A stretch of DNA of 63,842 nt, the filler included, from Bigelowiella natans CCMP2755 (taxonomy: Eukaryota; Protista; Cercozoa): assembly GCA_000320545.1 (NCBI GenBank). It is 3 parts of 3 records of this genome, joined end to end, with 100 filler letters (N's around TTAATTAATTAA, not from the genome) between each part and the next. Parts side by side here need not be neighbours in the genome. Positions count along the whole stretch, not along the records: positions 22,865 to 35,158 come from ADNK01001970.1; positions 35,259 to 63,842 come from ADNK01001847.1; 1 more part is not named here. One strand, written 5' to 3'. Both the position numbers and the translations under genes were made by a program. This document shows positions 31,215 to 43,044 of this stretch, in pieces (position 1 is the stretch's first letter; every line of letters begins with the position of its first letter). The notes below the pieces were generated by a model that saw nothing but the letters and a program-made list of their open reading frames with translations, was not told where the DNA came from and did no database searches.

Positions 31215-32284
31215 CACACACACTGGGTTCAGAGTGGCACGGCGGACTATGGAAGGCCTCCATACAATCCCCGTTAAACACCACCCACCGGTCTTCGTAA
31301 GAGCCCCAGAATATCTCCCCCGTTTTTCTTGAATTGTTTGCAGGAGTAGTAAAATTCGACCCACGTCACCTGAGAAGGGAGAGGCGGGCAGTCAGCTATC
31401 GAGAGCGAGGACGGTTTGGGAAATAGTAACATTGAAGGTGGAGGAAGCGTCGTTGCAAGCTCTGTATTAGTACGAACATACGTTTTCTATCTCCACTTCA
31501 AGAGCTTTCATTATCTGCAAAGCGTTTGCCAGCTTCAAGTTCTCGGCTCTCATCAACTCTTCCATCTAAATAAGAAAAAGAGAGGGATGGAGGGGACAGC
31601 ATTAGACGACTCAGCCTCATCATGAAAAAAGAAGGAGGGTTGATATATTATTATTCACCTTGATGATTTTGTCCCCATCAGAATCCATCAATTTGAAAGC
31701 CTGATGAACCTGTAGTATCATCAATCAACAGTATTTTCATCTTTAAAGGGATACTGCCTCTCGTACTAGGGCACAACCCTGGTCTATATGACCCTTTAAT
31801 GTGGGCTGCTTTACCTACGTGTGTCGTCTATATGCGTGCGTGCGTGCGTGCAAGCTATTTTTACCGCGATGCTTTCCTTTTTCGTAAAGTTAGTGAAAAG
31901 CATTTTGAGCCACGCATGAAATTTTTTTGGCCCTTTTTCAGTCTTGATTCTTAAAAATGCATCCTCCCACATTTCAATGGTGATGTAGTAGTTCTGAGGC
32001 ACAAAAAAAACCAAGATTATAGAGTATTTGTGCTCACTGCAGCAGCAGGGATAATGAGAGGTGATATGCGGAGAATGACGTGAATGTTCGTAATCAAGTA
32101 TTACTACTACCTCGTCTTCTTGGAGGTTGTCAAGTTGGTCAAGAAGGTCCTGCATTCGTTGTTTTCTGCCGTGGCTAGCTGTTATGTGCTTCGGAGTGTT
32201 GGTATCTTTCAGCTTCGATTGTATTTCATCACGATCGATAATCCTGGAAGATTTACATGTATGTGAGCGTGATCGCACAAGCAG

Positions 32285-32327
<43 letters not shown>

Positions 32328-32365
32328 ATATACATGTATACATTAAGAAAAATTGTGGGGGGTGG

Positions 32366-32405
<40 letters not shown>

Positions 32406-32594
32406 ATTTCAATCCTAGTACTAGTTTTTTTGGGTGGTAGTTGTTCGTTGCACTTACGCGCTGTCGTCGTCATCAACGTAGTCGAAGATGTCGTCGATCA
32501 TCTTCTTTTCCTTTTTCGAAAGCTTGAAGCCGAAGTTGGACTCCCCAGCGCCAAAGCCTCTTACTGTGCATATTTGCGAACATAGGCTCCCCAT
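29619..32594 (-). CDS. Multi-EF-hand Ca2+-binding protein with N-terminal MGSLCS acylation motif
   Basis: EF loops IFDYVDDDDS|RIIDRDE, FKLMDSDGDKII, DTNSDGRVDVSEW and FLLLDANGDGCVT. The last exon contains an in-frame 27-bp duplication (GRYRTETHS x2, ~29654-29709). Confidence 0.7.
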
Positions 32595-33292
32595 TGTTCT
32601 CCCACAACAGCGGCGATCAGTCGTAACTGTAAGATCCATAACTTAAAAGTCAGAGAAGATAAAAATGGGAAATCCAATTAATTTGCATGCGGATATTCAT
32701 ATTATTCAGAGTCGCATCTGTGAAAGACATCGTTATTTGGTTATTGTTGTCCCGAAACTGTTCTGGGACACGTATTCCGATACGATGATGCCACAGCTGG
32801 CGAGAGATTCCATTGCTTTTAGGGTGTGCGACAACCCTTTCGAACGCATAAACTTCTGCATTCGGGGAAGCGTGGATCTGGTTTTCGCAAGCAGGTAAAT
32901 GCCAGCGAATGCCGGGGAAATCGGGTGGTGACGTTGAGGTCAAAAAAGCATCAGCTGTAGAACAAAAAAAAGGCATACGAAATGTACGGAAAAAGAAATA
33001 TCGGCTCTTTGTGGAAGAAGAGAACGCATGGGGCACCGTTCAATCGCGACAGGGATTTTGTGTTGTCTCAGGTCGAAAATGCGATCGCATATGAAGAATA
33101 TATTTCGGGCGGATGGCGCCGCTACTGCCTCAACCCCCCTCCCTCATCCAAGCTTCTCCTCCCCCCTTATTCCATTTACTCCCTACCATAGCAGCATTGT
33201 CGCACCCAACGGCATCCTTCTCGACGAATTTTAAGTCTGGGGTATCCCCCGGTTGCCGCGATGTAGCCCCCGCAGCGAGGCTGAGGCGAGCT

Positions 33293-35119
33293 ATGGGTCT
33301 TTGGTCTTGGTGGCGGGGAGCGAATGAGTTCACGACGAACAACGCGGATTCAGAGGAGACAACCAGCAACTTGGCCCCGATCGATGTCAAGCGAGAGCTC
33401 TCAGAAGTGATACAATTTACTGTTAGATCTGAAATAGACCTCCTTGATGCTTGCAGCGGTGGTTCTTCTTGGTTCTTTCTTCTTCCGAGCCGACGACAAC
33501 TGGGAGGCGTCACGATGTTGGCCCGCCATTCATGTTGTCTGCCGACAAAAACAGTCAGCAACGGAAGAAAGCGTCCCTTCCAAGGCTCGAATAAAGAAGA
33601 AAAGAGAAAACGGGGGGTAAGGGGGGGGGGCGATTACACGTGCACACAAGGTTCATTGTAATATTATGATTAGGGATGCAAGATCATCGAAGATGGTGTG
33701 CCCGTAGTGAGCTGTGCAGGCGCTGGAATATTCATTTTCTGGCAGCTTGGCGCGGTCAGAGGAACATCATGCAACTACTCTTGGAAGTTCATAACAACGA
33801 TTTCTTTTCATTATTCTATTTTCTTCAGCTCAAGTACATCACGAGCCACTTCGACTTGTCTAAGGCGAGATTGCATGGCGGCTCTGCAGGGGCTGTGCTG
33901 TCCACGTTCATTGCTTCAGGTTTTATTCAGGGGAAGGGGGGGGGGGAAGAGGAGATGATGACGATCTTCTACCTCACTTTGGACGGCATGACTGGAATCT
34001 TTCTATAAAATCTTTTGTGTTGTATGTTGTCGAAGCAGCATGCTATTTTCGCAGTTTTCAACTGCAACAAATCGTGATATTGCGCGCTTCCCTATTCCGC
34101 CTCTTGGCTAACGATTAGGCGTCGATCTGAATAATGCGATACGAGAGAGCTACAACATAGGAATGGAGGTATTGGACGACGGCGAACATATGAGATCCCA
34201 CCCCCCCCTTTTCATGAGAAGTTTCCAACATAATGAAAAACGTTCCACAAAGAGAGATGCCATCACTGACATACCTGCAGAGATTTCATGTACATCGTCA
34301 GTGATTGTAGTTGAGCTAGATGCTCCTCACAGGGGACGATGATAATATAGCAACTTGCATCTTATCATCATCATCATCATCCACACCGTATTCAGGCTCA
34401 AGTATGGACCCGCAATTCGCATATGGGTTTATTCGGCCCCTTGATAAGAAAGGTCAGAGAGAAAAAGCGTAGTTCTTATTAAAGTAGCAGCAGAGCTAGT
34501 AGAAGTAGAGGAGAAGCAGTAGTGATAGTTGCTGCAGCCGCGAAGATCATATTGCCTAATTACAAATCACACACACACACACACACACACACGCACGCAC
34601 GCACGCACGCACACACCCCTTGGATCGAGCAGTCAGGCAAAAGCTCATCACTGCTATTGTTTTTCACGTTATCGATAATGTTGGTGATGTTGTCAATTGT
34701 TGTTTTTGTTGTTGCTGTCGTCATCACGTAGTGGCTGGAGAAGCTGCTACCCGAAGATGCTCATGAACGATGCAACGGTCGCGTGAGGCTGCTGGTGACG
34801 AAGGTTCCCTCTCTCAATCAAAAGTACGATGGAAAGAAAAAAAGGGGGGGGGGGGGGGGGAGGGGTATTTATAGTGGGTTCGTGAAACAAGATAGTTCGG
34901 CTCTTAGCATTCTTCATGTAGCTTTTGCCAAGGTAAGAAAGGAATGGTCCTTTTTGAGAGAGGAAAGCGAAGGGGTGAAATGTTATCTCTCAAGCTATCG
35001 AGTAAAGAACATCACGCTGCTGTGCTTCTCTCAGATATGTTAGCCATTTCACGTCAAGAGAGGACCTTATCACTGCCTGCATGGCCTCCATCCATGTCCC
35101 TTTCTTCCTCAATTTGAAG
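33293..35119 (+). CDS. Patatin-like phospholipase (PNPLA family), 3' end lost in gap
   Basis: Exons give VSCAGAGIFIFWQLGA|LKYITSHFDLSKARLHGGSAGA (oxyanion motif and GxSxG), WLEKLLPEDAHERCNGRVRLLVT, and VSHFTSREDLITACMASIHVPFF. The start could be 33113. Confidence 0.8.
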
Positions 35120-35158
35120 GTGGTGTGTGTGGGGGGGGGGGTGGCACCGCCATTACCG

Positions 35159-35258
35159 NNNNNNNNNNNNNNNNNNNNNNNNNNNNNNNNNNNNNNNNNN
35201 NNTTAATTAATTAANNNNNNNNNNNNNNNNNNNNNNNNNNNNNNNNNNNNNNNNNNNN
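35159..35258. other. Assembly gap with artificial TTAATTAATTAA linker
   Basis: Same 100-bp N-linker-N structure as the first gap. Confidence 0.95.
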
Positions 35259-35268
35259 CGCGCGGTCT

Positions 35269-35335
<67 letters not shown>

Positions 35336-35706
35336 CTTATAGTGTGTATAGATGTGTGTGCATATGTGCCTGAGTGCATTCGATGATTGGTACATCGATC
35401 GCATACACTCATAGATTTTATAACCAAAAAAATGTAAAAAGGCGTGGATGCAATGCGGGCGGTGCCGCTCCTCGAGATTGTCTCCCGGTCTCGCTAATAA
35501 CACAATAACCTGATCGCATGCATGCACGTGAGGCTGTGTGTGGGGGTGTGCGGCTAGCACGAGTTACTCGCGCACAGAACCACCACACAACGCACAGCAT
35601 ATTCAAACATGCGCACATGCCAGTGTGCACGTCGATTGTACACAGTGCGTAGAAAATGCAAACAAGTAACATTTCTGTAGACTCCAAGCACACGCACACA
35701 CACACA

Positions 35707-35765
<59 letters not shown>

Positions 35766-35799
35766 CGTGCACACATACGTCCATGTAGACAGGCGGAAC

Positions 35800-35957
35800 A
35801 TGTGCATACTGACGAGCGATGTGTGACAGCGAAAACACTCTCGAAGCGACGATGTGGCTGGACCAGGTACTTACGTATTTCCCCTCGCTTACTCGATCAT
35901 GCATCCTTGAAAATACACACACAAGCAATATTTATATATTTATATAAATACATTTCT

Positions 35958-35993
<36 letters not shown>

Positions 35994-37204
35994 AACAATA
36001 TTTCCCATCCCAAATATGAAGTGCATACCAAAACGCACCCTCCACCACCACCACCACCTTGATGCCGAGCTCTGGAATGGCCTCTTTCGCCCTCATCCAC
36101 CCCACTCGTGCACGCACTTGCACACGTAGGAGGTGGTGCGGTCGGTCCAGACGCTACTTCGACGCCTGCCGCGAATAGGTGATAATATATCGGTGATATA
36201 TCGTATCCTGCTGCACGCCCGCGAGACGAATATTGCACAGTGCGAATACACATTGTGCAGGCTATCTTGATATACTCGATCGTCATCGTGTTCTTCACTA
36301 GCACCTCTTTTACTTTAATACTGAGTAGCAGCACTGCAAAAGAAAAAAGAATTTGCTCAGAAGAACGTTTATATCGTTGCTTCTGTGGTTTTCCGCTCTC
36401 TCTCTCTCTCGTCCCCCCACCCCCCCCCACCCCTCTCCTTTCTCTTCCTTACTCCATTTCCTTTCCTTCGGCTAATGTTGTCGTCGCCGGCGTCATCGTC
36501 CAAACTGCAGGGATGTTGGTTTGCGGAGGATACCCAGGTACATGCACTAGCCGTCATTAGCAACGGCGCGTACAGCACACTAGTATGATTCAAAAGTTGA
36601 TGATGTGACACACGCAATGCCAAACGGTAATCATAGGGGCGCGGCGGCGGAGGATACTCTTCGGGCAGAGGTGGAGGGAGGCAGCGGAATCGTTTTTTTT
36701 TTAATATATATAAACAATATCCTTATTCGTGGTGATTCTTCATGCCTCTAGAGAGCCGAAGAAACACTCATGGAAATACTTCGTGTTGAGAATTTAAATT
36801 TCGCCGATGTGAGGAGAGGCACGCATCACACACACCATATGTATAAATATTATATATATATATTTTTTATATATATATATATATATATAATATGTACGCG
36901 GCTCCTACTACCATGAAGGCGCGACTGGATCTTATACATGGCCCTCCCGAAGTTTATTGCCTCAGTAGAAGTTTGCGCAAAGCTGGGAGAGGGGGACACC
37001 AACGACGAAAACGGAGAAGGAGGAGGAGGAGGACGAGAGGGAGTGTTTACAGCAGTGGAGCGCGGAGGCGTGATTAGTGAGCTTATGAAACTTGGCGTGC
37101 ATAACAACCAAATCGGCGATGTACTCCTGAGTCCTGACAAGGCACGACTGCAGGTAAATCAGATATGTTAGTGGGAAGGCTGCTATGTGCGAGACGTTTA
37201 TGTA

Positions 37205-37242
<38 letters not shown>

Positions 37243-37423
37243 TGCTCTTATCTACATGATTTGGTCCCGTGGTCGTGCGTGAGCTCAGATATTCTGCATG
37301 CCGGAGCACGTCGAGAAGATATGCACAGAGCTCGTCAACATCCAAGGCATTCCTGTTGAATGCTTGAGGCGAACCCCGGAGTTTGACTTCATGAAGGAAA
37401 ACCAATTCGCTGACAACGAGTAG
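35800..37423 (+). CDS. YlmH/Sll1252-like RNA-binding protein (partial, no S4 domain visible)
   Basis: Spliced reading EVVRSVQTLLRRLPRIG|MLVCGGYPG|ARRRRILFG ... GVISELMKLGVHNNQIGDVLLSPDKARLQ|IFCMPEHVEKICTELVNIQGIPVE...* matches the YlmH pattern GGYxxAERxR / GIxRExxGDI / LxxVxxxPV. The 5' boundary is uncertain. Confidence 0.55.
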
Positions 37424-38386
37424 ATTCCACAGCAGCTGCAATTTTTTCGAGTCAACACCGGCTTAGGAAGAGTGATCCTGTAGTCGTGTGACACACTGCA
37501 AAGTGGTCATTCAATGATTCCCGGCAAAGTTTCCACACAAGTGTGAACACATCATCTGAAATCCAGACATGGCTAGCTTTGCATGTCCAAAATGTGCCAC
37601 ACATGCAGCATTGCACAAATTGCAGCTTGCCGCAAAAAGCGCGGCGTCGCGTGCGTGCAGACAAATGATTGTCTTGAGCATGCACGCACAGTCAGTTGTG
37701 CATGCGCATCAGCTCGCGCGTGCACAGCTGCGCGCACTTTCTGATCGGGCGCGTTTGCATTGCGCGCACGATGCACGTGTGCACTCGCGTGCGAGTGGCC
37801 GGCGAACAGCATGAAAGTCACTGTTCGCATACCATTCCGAATGGCGAATGGCCCTTCACTGTTCGTTGCGAATGGCGAATGCAAACATTCGCCATTCACT
37901 TCCCATCACCATCCAGCTAGCCAGGACGCCGAGCGCGTCGGCTGAGGGAGGGAAAATGGAGCACTGTCAGCCAGCAAATCAGCTGAAAAACAGCTTCCTT
38001 GATGCACTTGAGATTTGCTTCACATTTGCAAGCTTTTGGCATGTCGCAGGGAGAAATCCATAAGCGTTTTCTGCTCTCGGCCATCTTTTGGATGGGTTTA
38101 GGTGATTTCCAGTTTGTTGTTTTAATTATTGTGCGAGCAGTTTGATTTTCGAGAATATCACACCGGAGAATATCGTAGTGGTTCAGCAAGGGATCAGGGA
38201 ACGGAAACGGGGCTCCGTTTTCAACGGTAACTGCTCCCCCCCTCATCTCCTTCCTTCCGAGCTACAAGAGCAAGCCGAGGAGTCGGGAAATTTGACTGAT
38301 TCAAGTTTCCCAAAGGTCAGGGTGGTAATCCTGACGTCCTGCCGCACTCTTCCCTCCTCTAGGATTGACTACTGCTTCGTAGTACA

Positions 38387-39957
38387 ATGCAGCGTCAAGA
38401 CAGGGAGAGGAAGATGGCCATGTATCCGGTCTGCCCGGACATGAACACGGTGGCTCTTGGAGAAATTTATGAGAAGGGACAGCACATCGAAATCAAGTCT
38501 ATTTTAGGTGTTGTGAAGCGCAAGCATGCATGGGGAGGGGGGTCAGGAAGCGCGATAAGAGGCTCAGGGCCTAAGTGGGTAGACGCTGAAATCGAGGGTA
38601 TGTATCGAGGAGGGGGTGGGAACTACGACGTATACGTTCCCTACTCCCAAGAGGCAAAATCTTCTCGCATGGCCGGAGTTCACTACAGGTGTATGATCGC
38701 TAGTCTTTTCGAACCATGTGTGAAAATACGGAGACTTGGGGAGTCTTGAGTTGTGCTGACGATTGATTACTTATCTACAGTCGCGTTCCAGCTTCTTGTC
38801 TAAGACCAAGGCGCCGACGAGCACCTTTCCGCTCGATGTCCACATCTATACATATTCCTACCCGATCGGCGTCCAGGAGCAGGTCGGCCGTTGCGAAATT
38901 GCCGTCCCAGCTTCGACAAGAAGCAAGCATATCTGCCACACAAATGCGAACTCAGGCACGAGCGCGCGCATCCGAAGAGGCGAGGAAAAAAGCGGCAAGG
39001 CGGGCTAGAGCTATAAAGAGAGCCTCCCGGATAGGGACGAAGAATAAAAATAAGTCCTCGAAGGCTCAAAAACAACGGCGGACGTTACGGAAGATGCTAG
39101 AAGATCTTCATCTGGACCTTAGCCAAGCACCTCAATTTAGTAAGGCTCAGAAATCGCAATCGTCACGGTCTGGACTACGAGGGTCCACGAGAATGTACAA
39201 ACCTCCGGCACAACACGGTCGGACCACGCGGAGCTCGCCAGAGAGCTCTCGGTGGGTTCATCCTAAAAAAGGCCAATACCTTGGTACGGTCGACCTAGAC
39301 ATCACCATGGCACCTGTGGTGAAAGATTACGATTGGTTCGCAACATGGTCTGCCATGGACAAACTAGACGCTAACTCGAAAGCTATGATATTGCCACAAT
39401 CGCAGTCTGGATGTGAAGCTTTTGACTTGCCCGCCTCTCATGAGCGCGAAAAGGGAGCCATATTGCGATTGTGGAGCATATTGCAGGTGCCAAGATCTAT
39501 CTGCAAGAAGCAAAGAATGCGTCTATTTGGAAAGCCCCTTACGCAACGTAAGTATGCGACTGTAGTTCAGCAGGCGTCTTGGCTACGACAGTGCTTGGCG
39601 AAGCTTCTCACAGCATTGAGAACTATTGATAGAAGAGAGAAGCTCTCTCGAAATTTAGGTGCAGTAATTCAAGATGATGTCTTTGGGATCTGCAAGAATG
39701 ATGAAGGTAGTACGGGAAAGTCGGGGAGAAATATGTGGAAATCTGATGAACTCAAATCTGCAGTCAAACAGTTAGTTCTCGTCGATGCGGAGTGTTCAGC
39801 GGCGATTCTGAACTGGACAAATGTGAGTCCTTGGGTTGATGCAGGAAAATTTAAATATCGGGGTGAAAGGTACCTGAAAAAAATAGAAAAAGAGACTCGA
39901 TTTTTAGAAACTATGTTTCACGTAATAGCAAAGTCAACGCCAACAACAGTGAAGTAG
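38387..39957 (+). CDS. Hypothetical protein, 2 exons; Tudor/agenet-like N-terminal beta module and helical C-terminus
   Basis: Intron ~38689-38780 joins KWVDAEIEG...NYDVY...HY|SRVPASCLRP to the 373-aa ORF. The C-terminal LRLWSILQVP...FKYRGERYLKKI is reminiscent of CCDC87-like proteins (weak). Confidence 0.6.
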
Positions 39958-40631
39958 TAGCATATGATGACCTGCAGCTTGCTTGTGATAACAGCAAATT
40001 TTGACACTACAAAAAATTCATTGCACTATAAATCATCCGGACTGCATGCTGGAAATATGCATACTTCATTCTGTTAATTTCACAATGCGACTATTGTGTG
40101 CATGCACTCCTCTAGATCTGTTAAGATCTGTTTCTCACTCAACATTGCAACACAAAACCCCAGCTTAAATGTAGCTCTACGACTTGCAGCTACTGCTGCA
40201 TGCTTGCATTGCTTACTGTCTGCATGTCACGATGCAGTGCACTCTAGAACTAGCTAGCTAGCTAGATGATGGAACTGCGCGGCAGATGCATATAAATTGA
40301 CATGTTCCACAAGCACTATCCGCGCATTTCAGTCACAGCAAACACACTACTTGCACAGCACTATAGCATGCATGTCCACATGTGGAACAGCATACATTGC
40401 GTGGAATGTGTGTGGTAGTTGTAGCTGCACAGCACAAAATGCAGCGTGGTCGTAAGCCTATGTAGCACATTAGACTTGATAGTCTGATATTGATTCTATT
40501 TAACATAAAACGCGCATCAAAATTTGAAGAAATAGCCAATACAACCTTTGCTTCAATCAACAACTTCACTTATGCCGTAAGACAATTCATTGTGGCCACC
40601 TCTGAATTAGAAGGTATGGCTTTCTTTCTTG

Positions 40632-42552
40632 TTAAGAACTAGTGTAACAAGTAAATCGTCTGCAGCATCCTGGTACATGCATTGGAACTCTTGCATAATA
40701 CTGGAAAAATGAACTAACAATGATAAATGCATAGAAGCCAAAATCTGAAAGGGCAGCGTACTCTCTAGCCTCATCGTCCGTTCCTCTTGCCAAATCACCA
40801 CCAGTGGTGAAATTACTCAAGAAAAGCATGAGAGATGCCAGAGCCGCAATGAAACCAACGATCGGAATTGCAATGCTGAGAAAACCAAGTTTTCTTCGAA
40901 TTCTTGCCGCATTACGACGTGCCTTCTTTGAAGCTTTGTTGTTTCTAAAACTATTGCTTCGTTGTAAACTTGGTTGTGATTTTTGGTCTTTCGAAGTTAC
41001 TGGAGAACGAGGAGACTTCATGGTGATATTTTTGCTGCTTTGAGATTGATTCTCAATCAAAGCAGAATCTAATGATGGATTTTTCTGCTCGGAATCGGTA
41101 TCCACTTGGAGGCGCATTTCAGAACATTCATCTGCTTTGCTCATAATATTCCGACTGCCTGGAGCAACATCATTAGATGTGGTTATAGTCACACGCATAG
41201 GGTTCAGAGCATTGCTATTTTGTTTTGTGGCGCTCATCTCCATCTGTTGGGCTCCACCATTGCCTTTGGTCGAGACGGAAACCTCATCTTCTTGACCAGA
41301 CGAAAATTTATTATACCCATAGCTTCTATCAATAGCTCCACGTAGGCGGAGAAATGATGACACCTGAGAATAACTCTATCCTGAACTGACCAGGAACAAT
41401 TACAGTTAACAGTTACCAGAATATAACACATTGCAGTAATAGCACCAACGTTGATTAAGTGACGAAACCCATTGACTCGAATACTTTTTTCGAAAAGTAC
41501 ATATATTGTCTGTGAAACAAAATTAAAGTGAGAAGATGAAATTCTCTATTGTTAATGTCCTCAATATTACCACTATTGACTGGCTTAAAATTGTCGCTGT
41601 TGCAAAGATTTTGCAATTCCATTCAATGTACGATGGCAAACGTTTGGATAAATTGACTAATGGCAAGAAGCAATCTTAACATATAATGCTGCAACATTTT
41701 GTGAGAATTGGATCACCAGATGAGTAGTAAGCTTTTAGCACAATAAACCTTCACAAAAATGCAGTTAGTGCAAATTAAATTGATTGCGAAACTAATTACG
41801 TCAGATAAAAAGCTGTTGCTGCGATCATAACCTGAAAACAAAGATGGATGAACCAAAGTGCAAAATTCAGAACGATTTCAGTGGCGATGGAGCTTACTGT
41901 GAGAAGAGAGTTGAAAATGCTAAAAAATTGCCATCCGAAGTATGCAGGTTCATGAGAACCCTGAAATAACAAAACGTTACTGAATAACTTTTTTGATTAT
42001 TCACATTAATCTTTTAGGCACTGTTAAATATTAATAAGTTCATTTGCATGACCAGAGTATAGATGAAGTCCACTGTGACAATAGCTGTGTTGCAACTGAT
42101 ACAAATACATTTTGAAAAAAACTATAAACAACTAGAATTAGCATGTAGGGATACACAAAGCAATTACTAGTGAAGTCGACGCATGGTAACATTGGCTTCA
42201 GGAGAAATAAGCTGTCCAACGTTGTAAACCTAGCACCGTACATGTTCGGGTTGCTTTTTAGAAAGATCATCAGTACAGAAAGCTGAACAACGGTTTATTT
42301 TACTTGCTGCAGAGAGATAATAGCCAGCCGTATAAGATCTGGATACAAATGGTATTGTTCAGGATTCAGGAACGCAACAATTTAATTTCAAGCATCCAAC
42401 ATGTTCCTCAGTTATCATCGCACCACTATTTCATTGTACTAAACATTCCTCATTCGTTCTAGGAAACCGTGCCCGAGCTCAGCTTGACGGAATTGTGAAC
42501 AGAATGCATGCACGGCGATGCGACCTGGGATGAACCATTCGGACGACGACAT
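40632..42552 (-). CDS. Multi-pass membrane protein (multi-exon, short AT-rich introns)
   Basis: The last exon encodes a long cytosolic loop then two TM helices (LGFLSIAIPIVGFIAALASLMLFL; FGFYAFIIVSSFFQYY). Upstream exons are hydrophobic. The 5' end is tentative. Confidence 0.55.
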
Positions 42553-43044
42553 TGCTCTGCTAGTAGCTTTGGGCGGTCGTGGACGCGTGGGCAAATCGAC
42601 TAGCACCGCGATGTTTCTGTGAGCGCGACAACATATCTCCACGCACATCCGCGCAAAATGGATGGCGTTTTCCGCAACTGGTGCTCGAAGCTTGAAGTAC
42701 CCCTCAGAGCGGCCGTGTAATCTGAAGCAAAGTTGGCGGGCGATTCCTCCACGCGACAACGGCTCACAGCAGCCACTCGTCAAGAACCTCGGCTTTGCGT
42801 CGCGGGCTGTATTTTTTTCCCTTGGTACTGAAAAGCTAGATCTAGCGTTCTCTCAACATCCCTCAGCGTTCAGGTTGCGCGACATGATCTGGTGGCGTAT
42901 ACACAGGGAAATTGTAGGCGATTTAAACGAAGAGCTATAATTTAAGACAGTTGATGCACGCTCATCTGTTGATGCCACGCTCATGCCGCGCGCACACCCG
43001 TACAACCCGAAACCTACTACTTCTGCAGGCCTTTCAACGACGAA

